This document shows positions 26,501 through 42,362 of a stretch of DNA of 64,000 nucleotides, one piece after another. Origin of the DNA: Eledone cirrhosa. Lineage: Eukaryota. The translations under genes and the position numbers were made by a program. A model generated the notes under the pieces. It was given only the letters and a program-made list of their open reading frames with translations, was not told where the DNA came from and did not search any database. The stretch lies in the NCBI GenBank assembly GCA_964016885.1, contig CAXHJY010000607.1, positions 15,001 through 79,000 of the forward strand, in the 5' to 3' direction. Each line of letters opens with the position of its first letter. Position 1 is the stretch's first letter.

Positions 26501-28061
26501 CCACACATAGCCAATGAGTGTCTGCACATGTACCAGTAATTACAGATCGATCCGACCACGGGCGGCCGGCCCGCGATTGAAAAGGTAACTCCGCCGGCAA
26601 ATCGCCATTTTTGGATTCGTTTTCTTCGAAGCACACCATTCGCCGGCGGACTTTGTTGACGTTTAACACGGTTTGGTTCCACAGCCACAACTATTGATTT
26701 TACGGAGATATCTTGCTGAAATTCACGCCACACATAGCCAATGAGTGTCTGCACATGTACCAGTAATTACAGATCGATCCGACCACGGGCGGCCGGCCCG
26801 CGATTGAAAAGGTAACTCCGCCGGCAAATCGTCATTTTTGGATTCGTTTTCTTCGAAGCACACCATTCGCCGGCGGACTTTGCTGACGTTTAACACGGTT
26901 TGGTTCCACAGCCACAACTATTGATTTTACGGAGATATCTTGCTGAAATTCACGCCACACATAGCCAATGAGTGTCTGCACATGTACCAGTAATTACAGA
27001 TCGATCCGACCACGGGCGGCCGGCCCGCGATTGAAAAGGTAACTCCGCCGGCAAATCGCCATTTTTGGATTCGTTTTCTTCGAAGCACACCATTCGCCGG
27101 CGGACTTTGTTGACGTTTAACACGGTTTGGTTCCACAGCCACAACTATTGATTTTACGGAGATATCTTGCTGAAATTCACGCCACACATAGCCAATGAGT
27201 GTCTGCACATGTACCAGTAATTACAGATCGATCCGACCACGGGCGGCCGGCCCGCGATTGAAAAGGTAACTCCGCCGGCAAATCGTCATTTTTGGATTCG
27301 TTTTCTTCGAAGCACACCATTCGCCGGCGGACTTTGCTGACGTTTAACACGGTTTGGTTCCACAGCCACAACTATTGATTTTACGGAGATATCTTGCTGA
27401 AATTCACGCCACACATAGCCAATGAGTGTCTGCACATGTACCAGTAATTACAGATCGATCCGACCACGGGCGGCCGGCCCGCGCTTGAAAAGGTAACTCC
27501 GCCGGCAAATCGCCATTTTTGGATTCGTTTTCTTCGAAGCACACCATTCGCCGGCGGACTTTGTTGACGTTTAACACGGTTTGGTTCCACAGCCACAACT
27601 ATTGATTTTACGGAGATATCTTGCTGAAATTCACGCCACACATAGCCAATGAGTGTCTGCACATGTACCAGTAATTACAGATCGATCCGACCACGGGCGG
27701 CCGGCCCGCGATTGAAAAGGTAACTCCGCCGGCAAATCGTCATTTTTGGATTCGTTTTCTTCGAAGCACACCATTCGCCGGCGGACTTTGCTGACGTTTA
27801 ACACGGTTTGGTTCCACAGCCACAACTATTGATTTTACGGAGATATCTTGCTGAAATTCACGCCACACATAGCCAATGAGTGTCTGCACATGTACCAGTA
27901 ATTACAGATCGATCCGACCACGGGCGGCCGGCCCGCGATTGAAAAGGTAACTCCGCCGGCAAATCGTCATTTTTGGATTCGTTTTCTTCGAAGCACACCA
28001 TTCGCCGGCGGACTTTGTTGACGTTTAACACGGTTTGGTTCCACAGCGACAACTATTGATT

Positions 28062-31000
28062 TTACGGAGATATCTTGCTGAAATTCACGCCACACATAGC
28101 CAATGAGTGTCTGCACATGTACCAGTAATTACAGATCGATCCGACCACGGGCGGCCGGCCCGCGATTGAAAAGGTAACTCCGCCGGCAAATCGTCATTTT
28201 TGGATTCGTTTTCTTCGAAGCACACCATTCGCCGGCGGACTTTGCTGACTTTTAACACGGTTTGGTTCCACAGCCACAACTATTGATTTTACGGAGATAT
28301 CTTGCTGAAATTCACGCCACACATAGCCAATGAGTGTCTGCACATGTACCAGTAATTACAGATCGATCCGACCACGGGCGGCCGGCCCGCGATTGAAAAG
28401 GTAACTCCGCCGGCAAATCGCCATTTTTGGATTCGTTTTCTTCGAAGCACACCATTCGCCGGCGGACTTTGTTGACGTTTAACACGGTTTGGTTCCACAG
28501 CCACAACTATTGATTTTACCGAGATATCTTGCTGAAATTCACGCCACACATAGCCAATGAGTGTCTGCACATGTACCAGTAATTACAGATCGATCCGACC
28601 ACGGGCGGCCGGCCCGCGATTGAAAAGGTAACTCCGCCGGCAAATCGCCATTTTTGGATTCGTTTTCTTCGAAGCACACCATTCGCCGGCGGACTTTGTT
28701 GACGTTTAACACGGTTTGGTTCCACAGCCACAACTATTGATTTTACCGAGATATCTTGCTGAAATTCACGCCACACATAGCCAATGAGTGTCTGCACATG
28801 TACCAGTAATTACAGATCGATCCGACCACGGACGGCCGGCCCGCGATTGAAAAGGTAACTCCGCCGGCAAATCGCCATTTTTGGATTCGTTTTCTTCGAA
28901 GCACACCATTCGCCGGCGGACTTTGTTGACGTTTAACACGGTTTGGTTCCACAGCCACAACTATTGATTTTACGGAGATATCTTGCTGAAATTCACGCCA
29001 CACATAGCCAATGAGTGTCTGCACATGTACCAGTAATTACAGATCGATCCGACCACGGGCGGCCGGCCCGCGATTGAAAAGGTAACTCCGCCGGCAAATC
29101 GCCATTTTTGGATTCGTTTTCTTCGAAGCACACCATTCGCCGGCGGACTTTGTTGACGTTTAACACGGTTTGGTTCCACAGCCACAACTATTGATTTTAC
29201 CGAGATATCTTGCTGAAATTCACGCCACACATAGCCAATGAGTGTCTGCACATGTACCAGTAATTACAGATCGATCCGACCACGGGCGGCCGGCCCGCGA
29301 TTGAAAAGGTAACTCCGCCGGCAAATCGCCATTTTTGGATTCGTTTTCTTCGAAGCACACCATTCGCCGGCGGACTTTGTTGACGTTTAACACGGTTTGG
29401 TTCCACAGCCACAACTATTGATTTTACCGAGATATCTTGCTGAAATTCACGCCACACATAGCCAATGAGTGTCTGCACATGTACCAGTAATTACAGATCG
29501 ATCCGACCACGGACGGCCGGCCCGCGATTGAAAAGGTAACTCCGCCGGCAAATCGCCATTTTTGGATTCGTTTTCTTCGAAGCACACCATTCGCCGGCGG
29601 ACTTTGTTGACGTTTAACACGGTTTGGTTCCACAGCCACAACTATTGATTTTACGGAGATATCTTGCTGAAATTCACGCCACACATAGCCAATGAGTGTC
29701 TGCACATGTACCAGTAATTACAGATCGATCCGACCACGGGCGGCCGGCCCGCGATTGAAAAGGTAACTCCGCCGGCAAATCGCCATTTTTGGATTCGTTT
29801 TCTTCGAAGCACACCATTCGCCGGCGGACTTTGTTGACGTTTAACACGGTTTGGTTCCACAGCCACAACTATTGATTTTACCGAGATATCTTGCTGAAAT
29901 TCACGCCACACATAGCCAATGAGTGTCTGCACATGTACCAGTAATTACAGATCGATCCGACCACGGGCGGCCGGCCCGCGATTGAAAAGGTAACTCCGCC
30001 GGCAAATCGCCATTTTTGGATTCGTTTTCTTCGAAGCACACCATTCGCCGGCGGACTTTGTTGACGTTTAACACGGTTTGGTTCCACAGCCACAACTATT
30101 GATTTTACGGAGATATCTTGCTGAAATTCACGCCACACATAGCCAATGAGTGTCTGCACATGTACCAGTAATTACAGATCGATCCGACCACGGGCGGCCG
30201 GCCCGCGATTGAAAAGGTAACTCCGCCGGCAAATCGCCATTTTTGGATTCGTTTTCTTCGAAGCACACCATTCGCCGGCGGACTTTGTTGACGTTTAACA
30301 CGGTTTGGTTCCACAGCCACAACTATTGATTTTACGGAGATATCTTGCTGAAATTCACGCCACACATAGCCAATGAGTGTCTGCACATGTACCAGTAATT
30401 ACAGATCGATCCGACCACGGGCGGCCGGCCCGCGATTGAAAAGGTAACTCCGCCGGCAAATCGTCATTTTTGGATTCGTTTTCTTCGAAGCACACCATTC
30501 GCCGGCGGACTTTGCTGACGTTTAACACGGTTTGGTTCCACAGCCACAACTATTGATTTTACGGAGATATCTTGCTGAAATTCACGCCACACATAGCCAA
30601 TGAGTGTCTGCACATGTACCAGTAATTACAGATCGATCCGACCACGGGCGGCCGGCCCGCGATTGAAAAGGTAACTCCGCCGGCAAATCGCCATTTTTGG
30701 ATTCGTTTTCTTCGAAGCACACCATTCGCCGGCGGACTTTGTTGACGTTTAACACGGTTTGGTTCCACAGCCACAACTATTGATTTTACGGAGATATCTT
30801 GCTGAAATTCACGCCACACATAGCCAATGAGGGTCTGCACATGTACCAGTAATTACAGATCGATCCGACCACGGGCGGCCGGCCCGCGATTGAAAAGGTA
30901 ACTCCGCCGGCAAATCGTCATTTTTGGATTCGTTTTCTTCGAAGCACACCATTCGCCGGCGGACTTTGCTGACGTTTAACACGGTTTGGTTCCACAGCCA

Positions 31001-34000
31001 CAACTATTGATTTTACCGAGATATCTTGCTGAAATTCACGCCACACATAGCCAATGAGTGTCTGCACATGTACCAGTAATTACAGATCGATCCGACCACG
31101 GACGGCCGGCCCGCGATTGAAAAGGTAACTCCGCCGGCAAATCGCCATTTTTGGATTCGTTTTCTTCGAAGCACACCATTCGCCGGCGGACTTTGTTGAC
31201 GTTTAACACGGTTTGGTTCCACAGCCACAACTATTGATTTTACGGAGATATCTTGCTGAAATTCACGCCACACATAGCCAATGAGTGTCTGCACATGTAC
31301 CAGTAATTACAGATCGATCCGACCACGGGCGGCCGGCCCGCGATTGAAAAGGTAACTCCGCCGGCAAATCGCCATTTTTGGATTCGTTTTCTTCGAAGCA
31401 CACCATTCGCCGGCGGACTTTGTTGACGTTTAACACGGTTTGGTTCCACAGCCACAACTATTGATTTTACCGAGATATCTTGCTGAAATTCACGCCACAC
31501 ATAGCCAATGAGTGTCTGCACATGTACCAGTAATTACAGATCGATCCGACCACGGGCGGCCGGCCCGCGATTGAAAAGGTAACTCCGCCGGCAAATCGCC
31601 ATTTTTGGATTCGTTTTCTTCGAAGCACACCATTCGCCGGCGGACTTTGTTGACGTTTAACACGGTTTGGTTCCACAGCCACAACTATTGATTTTACGGA
31701 GATATCTTGCTGAAATTCACGCCACACATAGCCAATGAGTGTCTGCACATGTACCAGTAATTACAGATCGATCCGACCACGGGCGGCCGGCCCGCGATTG
31801 AAAAGGTAACTCCGCCGGCAAATCGCCATTTTTGGATTCGTTTTCTTCGAAGCACACCATTCGCCGGCGGACTTTGTTGACGTTTAACACGGTTTGGTTC
31901 CACAGCCACAACTATTGATTTTACGGAGATATCTTGCTGAAATTCACGCCACACATAGCCAATGAGTGTCTGCACATGTACCAGTAATTACAGATCGATC
32001 CAACCACGGGCGGCCGGCCCGCGATTGAAAAGGTAACTCCGCCGGCAAATCGTCATTTTTGGATTCGTTTTCTTCGAAGCACACCATTCGCCGGCGGACT
32101 TTGCTGACGTTTAACACGGTTTGGTTCCACAGCCACAACTATTGATTTTACGGAGATATCTTGCTGAAATTCACGCCACACATAGCCAATGAGTGTCTGC
32201 ACATGTACCAGTAATTACAGATCGATCCGACCACGGGCGGCCGGCCCGCGATTGAAAAGCTAACTCCGCCGGCAAATCGCCATTTTTGGATTCGTTTTCT
32301 TCGAAGCACACCATTCGCCGGCGGACTTTGCTGACGTTTAACACGGTTTGGTTCCACAGCCACAACTATTGATTTTACGGAGATATCTTGCTGAAATTCA
32401 CGCCACACATAGCCAATGAGTGTCTGCACATGTACCAGTAATTACAGATCGATCCGACCACGGGCGGCCGGCCCGCGATTGAAAAGGTAACTCCGCCGGC
32501 AAATCGTCATTTTTGGATTCGTTTTCTTCGAAGCACACCATTCGCCGGCGGACTTTGCTGACTTTTAACACGGTTTGGTTCCACAGCCACAACTATTGAT
32601 TTTACGGAGATATCTTGCTGAAATTCACGCCACACATAGCCAATGAGTGTCTGCACATGTACCAGTAATTACAGATCGATCCGACCACGGGCGGCCGGCC
32701 CGCGATTGAAAAGGTAACTCCGCCGGCAAATCGCCATTTTTGGATTCGTTTTCTTCGAAGCACACCATTCGCCGGCGGACTTTGTTGACGTTTAACACGG
32801 TTTGGTTCCACAGCCACAACTATTGATTTTACCGAGATATCTTGCTGAAATTCACGCCACACATAGCCAATGAGTGTCTGCACATGTACCAGTAATTACA
32901 GATCGATCCGACCACGGGCGGCCGGCCCGCGATTGAAAAGGTAACTCCGCCGGCAAATCGCCATTTTTGGATTCGTTTTCTTCGAAGCACACCATTCGCC
33001 GGCGGACTTTGTTGACGTTTAACACGGTTTGGTTCCACAGCCACAACTATTGATTTTACCGAGATATCTTGCTGAAATTCACGCCACACATAGCCAATGA
33101 GTGTCTGCACATGTACCAGTAATTACAGATCGATCCGACCACGGACGGCCGGCCCGCGATTGAAAAGGTAACTCCGCCGGCAAATCGCCATTTTTGGATT
33201 CGTTTTCTTCGAAGCACACCATTCGCCGGCGGACTTTGTTGACGTTTAACACGGTTTGGTTCCACAGCCACAACTATTGATTTTACGGAGATATCTTGCT
33301 GAAATTCACGCCACACATAGCCAATGAGTGTCTGCACATGTACCAGTAATTACAGATCGATCCGACCACGGGCGGCCGGCCCGCGATTGAAAAGGTAACT
33401 CCGCCGGCAAATCGCCATTTTTGGATTCGTTTTCTTCGAAGCACACCATTCGCCGGCGGACTTTGTTGACGTTTAACACGGTTTGGTTCCACAGCCACAA
33501 CTATTGATTTTACCGAGATATCTTGCTGAAATTCACGCCACACATAGCCAATGAGTGTCTGCACATGTACCAGTAATTACAGATCGATCCGACCACGGGC
33601 GGCCGGCCCGCGATTGAAAAGGTAACTCCGCCGGCAAATCGCCATTTTTGGATTCGTTTTCTTCGAAGCACACCATTCGCCGGCGGACTTTGTTGACGTT
33701 TAACACGGTTTGGTTCCACAGCCACAACTATTGATTTTACCGAGATATCTTGCTGAAATTCACGCCACACATAGCCAATGAGTGTCTGCACATGTACCAG
33801 TAATTACAGATCGATCCGACCACGGACGGCCGGCCCGCGATTGAAAAGGTAACTCCGCCGGCAAATCGCCATTTTTGGATTCGTTTTCTTCGAAGCACAC
33901 CATTCGCCGGCGGACTTTGTTGACGTTTAACACGGTTTGGTTCCACAGCCACAACTATTGATTTTACGGAGATATCTTGCTGAAATTCACGCCACACATA

Positions 34001-36687
34001 GCCAATGAGTGTCTGCACATGTACCAGTAATTACAGATCGATCCGACCACGGGCGGCCGGCCCGCGATTGAAAAGGTAACTCCGCCGGCAAATCGCCATT
34101 TTTGGATTCGTTTTCTTCGAAGCACACCATTCGCCGGCGGACTTTGTTGACGTTTAACACGGTTTGGTTCCACAGCCACAACTATTGATTTTACCGAGAT
34201 ATCTTGCTGAAATTCACGCCACACATAGCCAATGAGTGTCTGCACATGTACCAGTAATTACAGATCGATCCGACCACGGGCGGCCGGCCCGCGATTGAAA
34301 AGGTAACTCCGCCGGCAAATCGCCATTTTTGGATTCGTTTTCTTCGAAGCACACCATTCGCCGGCGGACTTTGTTGACGTTTAACACGGTTTGGTTCCAC
34401 AGCCACAACTATTGATTTTACGGAGATATCTTGCTGAAATTCACGCCACACATAGCCAATGAGTGTCTGCACATGTACCAGTAATTACAGATCGATCCGA
34501 CCACGGGCGGCCGGCCCGCGATTGAAAAGGTAACTCCGCCGGCAAATCGCCATTTTTGGATTCGTTTTCTTCGAAGCACACCATTCGCCGGCGGACTTTG
34601 TTGACGTTTAACACGGTTTGGTTCCACAGCCACAACTATTGATTTTACGGAGATATCTTGCTGAAATTCACGCCACACATAGCCAATGAGTGTCTGCACA
34701 TGTACCAGTAATTACAGATCGATCCGACCACGGGCGGCCGGCCCGCGATTGAAAAGGTAACTCCGCCGGCAAATCGTCATTTTTGGATTCGTTTTCTTCG
34801 AAGCACACCATTCGCCGGCGGACTTTGCTGACGTTTAACACGGTTTGGTTCCACAGCCACAACTATTGATTTTACGGAGATATCTTGCTGAAATTCACGC
34901 CACACATAGCCAATGAGTGTCTGCACATGTACCAGTAATTACAGATCGATCCGACCACGGGCGGCCGGCCCGCGATTGAAAAGGTAACTCCGCCGGCAAA
35001 TCGCCATTTTTGGATTCGTTTTCTTCGAAGCACACCATTCGCCGGCGGACTTTGTTGACGTTTAACACGGTTTGGTTCCACAGCCACAACTATTGATTTT
35101 ACGGAGATATCTTGCTGAAATTCACGCCACACATAGCCAATGAGGGTCTGCACATGTACCAGTAATTACAGATCGATCCGACCACGGGCGGCCGGCCCGC
35201 GATTGAAAAGGTAACTCCGCCGGCAAATCGTCATTTTTGGATTCGTTTTCTTCGAAGCACACCATTCGCCGGCGGACTTTGCTGACGTTTAACACGGTTT
35301 GGTTCCACAGCCACAACTATTGATTTTACCGAGATATCTTGCTGAAATTCACGCCACACATAGCCAATGAGTGTCTGCACATGTACCAGTAATTACAGAT
35401 CGATCCGACCACGGACGGCCGGCCCGCGATTGAAAAGGTAACTCCGCCGGCAAATCGCCATTTTTGGATTCGTTTTCTTCGAAGCACACCATTCGCCGGC
35501 GGACTTTGTTGACGTTTAACACGGTTTGGTTCCACAGCCACAACTATTGATTTTACGGAGATATCTTGCTGAAATTCACGCCACACATAGCCAATGAGTG
35601 TCTGCACATGTACCAGTAATTACAGATCGATCCGACCACGGGCGGCCGGCCCGCGATTGAAAAGGTAACTCCGCCGGCAAATCGCCATTTTTGGATTCGT
35701 TTTCTTCGAAGCACACCATTCGCCGGCGGACTTTGTTGACGTTTAACACGGTTTGGTTCCACAGCCACAACTATTGATTTTACCGAGATATCTTGCTGAA
35801 ATTCACGCCACACATAGCCAATGAGTGTCTGCACATGTACCAGTAATTACAGATCGATCCGACCACGGGCGGCCGGCCCGCGATTGAAAAGGTAACTCCG
35901 CCGGCAAATCGCCATTTTTGGATTCGTTTTCTTCGAAGCACACCATTCGCCGGCGGACTTTGTTGACGTTTAACACGGTTTGGTTCCACAGCCACAACTA
36001 TTGATTTTACGGAGATATCTTGCTGAAATTCACGCCACACATAGCCAATGAGTGTCTGCACATGTACCAGTAATTACAGATCGATCCGACCACGGGCGGC
36101 CGGCCCGCGATTGAAAAGGTAACTCCGCCGGCAAATCGCCATTTTTGGATTCGTTTTCTTCGAAGCACACCATTCGCCGGCGGACTTTGTTGACGTTTAA
36201 CACGGTTTGGTTCCACAGCCACAACTATTGATTTTACGGAGATATCTTGCTGAAATTCACGCCACACATAGCCAATGAGTGTCTGCACATGTACCAGTAA
36301 TTACAGATCGATCCAACCACGGGCGGCCGGCCCGCGATTGAAAAGGTAACTCCGCCGGCAAATCGTCATTTTTGGATTCGTTTTCTTCGAAGCACACCAT
36401 TCGCCGGCGGACTTTGCTGACGTTTAACACGGTTTGGTTCCACAGCCACAACTATTGATTTTACGGAGATATCTTGCTGAAATTCACGCCACACATAGCC
36501 AATGAGTGTCTGCACATGTACCAGTAATTACAGATCGATCCGACCACGGGCGGCCGGCCCGCGATTGAAAAGCTAACTCCGCCGGCAAATCGCCATTTTT
36601 GGATTCGTTTTCTTCGAAGCACACCATTCGCCGGCGGACTTTGTTGACGTTTAACACGGTTTGGTTCCACAGCCACAACTATTGATT
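28062..36687. repeat. Tandem duplication of a 19-monomer unit (4313 bp x 2)
   Basis: GACTTTTAAC 28085/32398, GAGGGTC 30809/35122, ATCCAACC 31944/36257 and AAAGCTAAC 32171/36484 are each 4313 bp (19 x 227) apart, and the intervening allele order is the same. Confidence 0.93.
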
Positions 36688-39600
36688 TTACGGAGATATC
36701 TTGCTGAAATTCACGCCACACATAGCCAATGAGGGTCTGCACATGTACCAGTAATTACAGATCGATCCGACCACGGGCGGCCGGCCCGCGATTGAAAAGG
36801 TAACTCCGCCGGCAAATCGTCATTTTTGGATTCGTTTTCTTCGAAGCACACCATTCGCCGGCGGACTTTGCTGACGTTTAACACGGTTTGGTTCCACAGC
36901 CACAACTATTGATTTTACGGAGATATCTTGCTGAAATTCACGCCACACATAGCCAATGAGTGTCTGCACATGTACCAGTAATTACAGATCGATCCGACCA
37001 CGGGCGGCCGGCCCGCGATTGAAAAGGTAACTCCGCCGGCAAATCGTCATTTTTGGATTCGTTTTCTTCGAAGCACACCATTCGCCGGCGGACTTTGCTG
37101 ACGTTTAACACGGTTTGGTTCCACAGCCACAACTATTGATTTTACGGAGATATCTTGCTGAAATTCACGCCACACATAGCCAATGAGTGTCTGCACATGT
37201 ACCAGTAATTACAGATCGATCCGACCACGGGCGGCCGACCCGCGATTGAAAAGGTAACTCCGCCGGCAAATCGCCATTTTTGGATTCGTTTTCTTCGAAG
37301 CACACCATTCGCCGGCGGACTTTGTTGACGTTTAACACGGTTTGGTTCCACAGCCACAACTATTGATTTTACGGAGATATCTTGCTGAAATTCACGCCAC
37401 ACATAGCCAATGAGTGTCTGCACATGTACCAGTAATTACAGATCGATCCGACCACGGACGGCCGGCCCGCGATTGAAAAGGTAACTCCGCCGGCAAATCG
37501 CCATTTTTGGATTCGTTTTCTTCGAAGCACACCATTCGCCGGCGGACTTTGTTGACGTTTAACACGGTTTGGTTCCACAGCCACAACTATTGATTTTACC
37601 GAGATATCTTGCTGAAATTCACGCCACACATAGCCAATGAGTGTCTGCACATGTACCAGTAATTACAGATCGATCCGACCACGGGCGGCCGGCCCGCGAT
37701 TGAAAAGGTAACTCCGCCGGCAAATCGCCATTTTTGGATTCGTTTTCTTCGAAGCACACCATTCGCCGGCGGACTTTGTTGACGTTTAACACGGTTTGGT
37801 TCCACAGCCACAACTATTGATTTTACGGAGATATCTTGCTGAAATTCACGCCACACATAGCCAATGAGTGTCTGCACATGTACCAGTAATTACAGATCGA
37901 TCCGACCACGGGCGGCCGGCCCGCGATTGAAAAGGTAACTCCGCCGGCAAATCGCCATTTTTGGATTCGTTTTCTTCGAAGCACACCATTCGCCGGCGGA
38001 CTTTGTTGACGTTTAACACGGTTTGGTTCCACAGCCACAACTATTGATTTTACGGAGATATCTTGCTGAAATTCACGCCACACATAGCCAATGAGTGTCT
38101 GCACATGTACCAGTAATTACAGATCGATCCGACCACGGACGGCCGGCCCGCGATTGAAAAGGTAACTCCGCCGGCAAATCGCCATTTTTGGATTCGTTTT
38201 CTTCGAAGCACACCATTCGCCGGCGGACTTTGTTGACGTTTAACACGGTTTGGTTCCACAGCCACAACTATTGATTTTACGGAGATATCTTGCTGAAATT
38301 CACGCCACACATAGCCAATGAGTGTCTGCACATGTACCAGTAATTACAGATCGATCCGACCACGGGCGGCCGGCCCGCGATTGAAAAGGTAACTCCGCCG
38401 GCAAATCGCCATTTTTGGATTCGTTTTCTTCGAAGCACACCATTCGCCGGCGGACTTTGTTGACGTTTAACACGGTTTGGTTCCACAGCCACAACTATTG
38501 ATTTTACCGAGATATCTTGCTGAAATTCACGCCACACATAGCCAATGAGTGTCTGCACATGTACCAGTAATTACAGATCGATCCGACCACGGGCGGCCGG
38601 CCCGCGATTGAAAAGGTAACTCCGCCGGCAAATCGCCATTTTTGGATTCGTTTTCTTCGAAGCACACCATTCGCCGGCGGACTTTGTTGACGTTTAACAC
38701 GGTTTGGTTCCACAGCCACAACTATTGATTTTACGGAGATATCTTGCTGAAATTCACGCCACACATAGCCAATGAGTGTCTGCACATGTACCAGTAATTA
38801 CAGATCGATCCGACCACGGGCGGCCGGCCCGCGATTGAAAAGGTAACTCCGCCGGCAAATCGCCATTTTTGGATTCGTTTTCTTCGAAGCACACCATTCG
38901 CCGGCGGACTTTGTTGACGTTTAACACGGTTTGGTTCCACAGCCACAACTATTGATTTTACGGAGATATCTTGCTGAAATTCACGCCACACATAGCCAAT
39001 GAGTGTCTGCACATGTACCAGTAATTACAGATCGATCCGACCACGGACGGCCGGCCCGCGATTGAAAAGGTAACTCCGCCGGCAAATCGCCATTTTTGGA
39101 TTCGTTTTCTTCGAAGCACACCATTCGCCGGCGGACTTTGTTGACGTTTAACACGGTTTGGTTCCACAGCCACAACTATTGATTTTACGGAGATATCTTG
39201 CTGAAATTCACGCCACACATAGCCAATGAGTGTCTGCACATGTACCAGTAATTACAGATCGATCCGACCACGGGCGGCCGGCCCGCGATTGAAAAGGTAA
39301 CTCCGCCGGCAAATCGCCATTTTTGGATTCGTTTTCTTCGAAGCACACCATTCGCCGGCGGACTTTGTTGACGTTTAACACGGTTTGGTTCCACAGCCAC
39401 AACTATTGATTTTACGGAGATATCTTGCTGAAATTCACGCCACACATAGCCAATGAGTGTCTGCACATGTACCAGTAATTACAGATCGATCCGACCACGG
39501 GCGGCCGGCCCGCGATTGAAAAGGTAACTCCGCCGGCAAATCGCCATTTTTGGATTCGTTTTCTTCGAAGCACACCATTCGCCGGCGGACTTTGTTGACG

Positions 39601-42362
39601 TTTAACACGGTTTGGTTCCACAGCCACAACTATTGATTTCACGGAGATATCTTGCTGAAATTCACGCCACACATAGCCAATGAGTGTCTGCACATGTACC
39701 AGTAATTACAGATCGATCCGACCACGGGCGGCCGGCCCGCGATTGAAAAGGTAACTCCGCCGGCAAATCGCCATTTTTGGATTCGTTTTCTTCGAAGCAC
39801 ACCATTCGCCGGCGGACTTTGTTGACGTTTAACACGGTTTGGTTCCACAGCCACAACTATTGATTTTACGGAGATATCTTGCTGAAATTCACGCCACACA
39901 TAGCCAATGAGTGTCTGCACATGTACCAGTAATTACAGATCGATCCGACCACGGGCGGCCGGCCCGCGATTGAAAAGGTAACTCCGCCGGCAAATCGTCA
40001 TTTTTGGATTCGTTTTCTTCGAAGCACACCATTCGCCGGCGGACTTTGCTGACGTTTAACACGGTTTGGTTCCACAGCCACAACTATTGATTTTACGGAG
40101 ATATCTTGCTGAAATTCACGCCACACATAGCCAATGAGTGTCTGCACATGTACCAGTAATTACAGATCGATCCGACCACGGGCGGCCGACCCGCGATTGA
40201 AAAGGTAACTCCGCCGGCAAATCGCCATTTTTGGATTCGTTTTCTTCGAAGCACACCATTCGCCGGCGGACTTTGTTGACGTTTAACACGGTTTGGTTCC
40301 ACAGCCACAACTATTGATTTTACGGAGATATCTTGCTGAAATTCACGCCACACATAGCCAATGAGTGTCTGCACATGTACCAGTAATTACAGATCGATCC
40401 GACCACGGGCGGCCGGCCCGCGATTGAAAAGGTAACTCCGCCGGCAAATCGCCATTTTTGGATTCGTTTTCTTCGAAGCACACCATTCGCCGGCGGACTT
40501 TGTTGACGTTTAACACGGTTTGGTTCCACAGCCACAACTATTGATTTTACCGAGATATCTTGCTGAAATTCACGCCACACATAGCCAATGAGTGTCTGCA
40601 CATGTACCAGTAATTACAGATCGATCCGACCACGGACGGCCGGCCCGCGATTGAAAAGGTAACTCCGCCGGCAAATCGCCATTTTTGGATTCGTTTTCTT
40701 CGAAGCACACCATTCGCCGGCGGACTTTGTTGACGTTTAACACGGTTTGGTTCCACAGCCACAACTATTGATTTTACGGAGATATCTTGCTGAAATTCAC
40801 GCCACACATAGCCAATGAGTGTCTGCACATGTACCAGTAATTACAGATCGATCCGACCACGGGCGGCCGGCCCGCGATTGAAAAGGTAACTCCGCCGGCA
40901 AATCGCCATTTTTGGATTCGTTTTCTTCGAAGCACACCATTCGCCGGCGGACTTTGTTGACGTTTAACACGGTTTGGTTCCACAGCCACAACTATTGATT
41001 TTACCGAGATATCTTGCTGAAATTCACGCCACACATAGCCAATGAGTGTCTGCACATGTACCAGTAATTACAGATCGATCCGACCACGGGCGGCCGGCCC
41101 GCGATTGAAAAGGTAACTCCGCCGGCAAATCGCCATTTTTGGATTCGTTTTCTTCGAAGCACACCATTCGCCGGCGGACTTTGTTGACGTTTAACACGGT
41201 TTGGTTCCACAGCCACAACTATTGATTTCACGGAGATATCTTGCTGAAATTCACGCCACACATAGCCAATGAGTGTCTGCACATGTACCAGTAATTACAG
41301 ATCGATCCGACCACGGGCGGCCGGCCCGCGATTGAAAAGGTAACTCCGCCGGCAAATCGCCATTTTTGGATTCGTTTTCTTCGAAGCACACCATTCGCCG
41401 GCGGACTTTGTTGACGTTTAACACGGTTTGGTTCCACAGCCACAACTATTGATTTTACGGAGATATCTTGCTGAAATTCACGCCACACATAGCCAATGAG
41501 TGTCTGCACATGTACCAGTAATTACAGATCGATCCGACCACGGGCGGCCGGCCCGCGATTGAAAAGGTAACTCCGCCGGCAAATCGTCATTTTTGGATTC
41601 GTTTTCTTCGAAGCACACCATTCGCCGGCGGACTTTGCTGACGTTTAACACGGTTTGGTTCCACAGCCACAACTATTGATTTTACGGAGATATCTTGCTG
41701 AAATTCACGCCACACATAGCCAATGAGTGTCTGCACATGTACCAGTAATTACAGATCGATCCGACCACGGGCGGCCGACCCGCGATTGAAAAGGTAACTC
41801 CGCCGGCAAATCGCCATTTTTGGATTCGTTTTCTTCGAAGCACACCATTCGCCGGCGGACTTTGTTGACGTTTAACACGGTTTGGTTCCACAGCCACAAC
41901 TATTGATTTTACGGAGATATCTTGCTGAAATTCACGCCACACATAGCCAATGAGTGTCTGCACATGTACCAGTAATTACAGATCGATCCGACCACGGGCG
42001 GCCGGCCCGCGATTGAAAAGGTAACTCCGCCGGCAAATCGCCATTTTTGGATTCGTTTTCTTCGAAGCACACCATTCGCCGGCGGACTTTGTTGACGTTT
42101 AACACGGTTTGGTTCCACAGCCACAACTATTGATTTTACCGAGATATCTTGCTGAAATTCACGCCACACATAGCCAATGAGTGTCTGCACATGTACCAGT
42201 AATTACAGATCGATCCGACCACGGGCGGCCGGCCCGCGATTGAAAAGGTAACTCCGCCGGCAAATCGCCATTTTTGGATTCGTTTTCTTCGAAGCACACC
42301 ATTCGCCGGCGGACTTTGTTGACGTTTAACACGGTTTGGTTCCACAGCCACAACTATTGATT

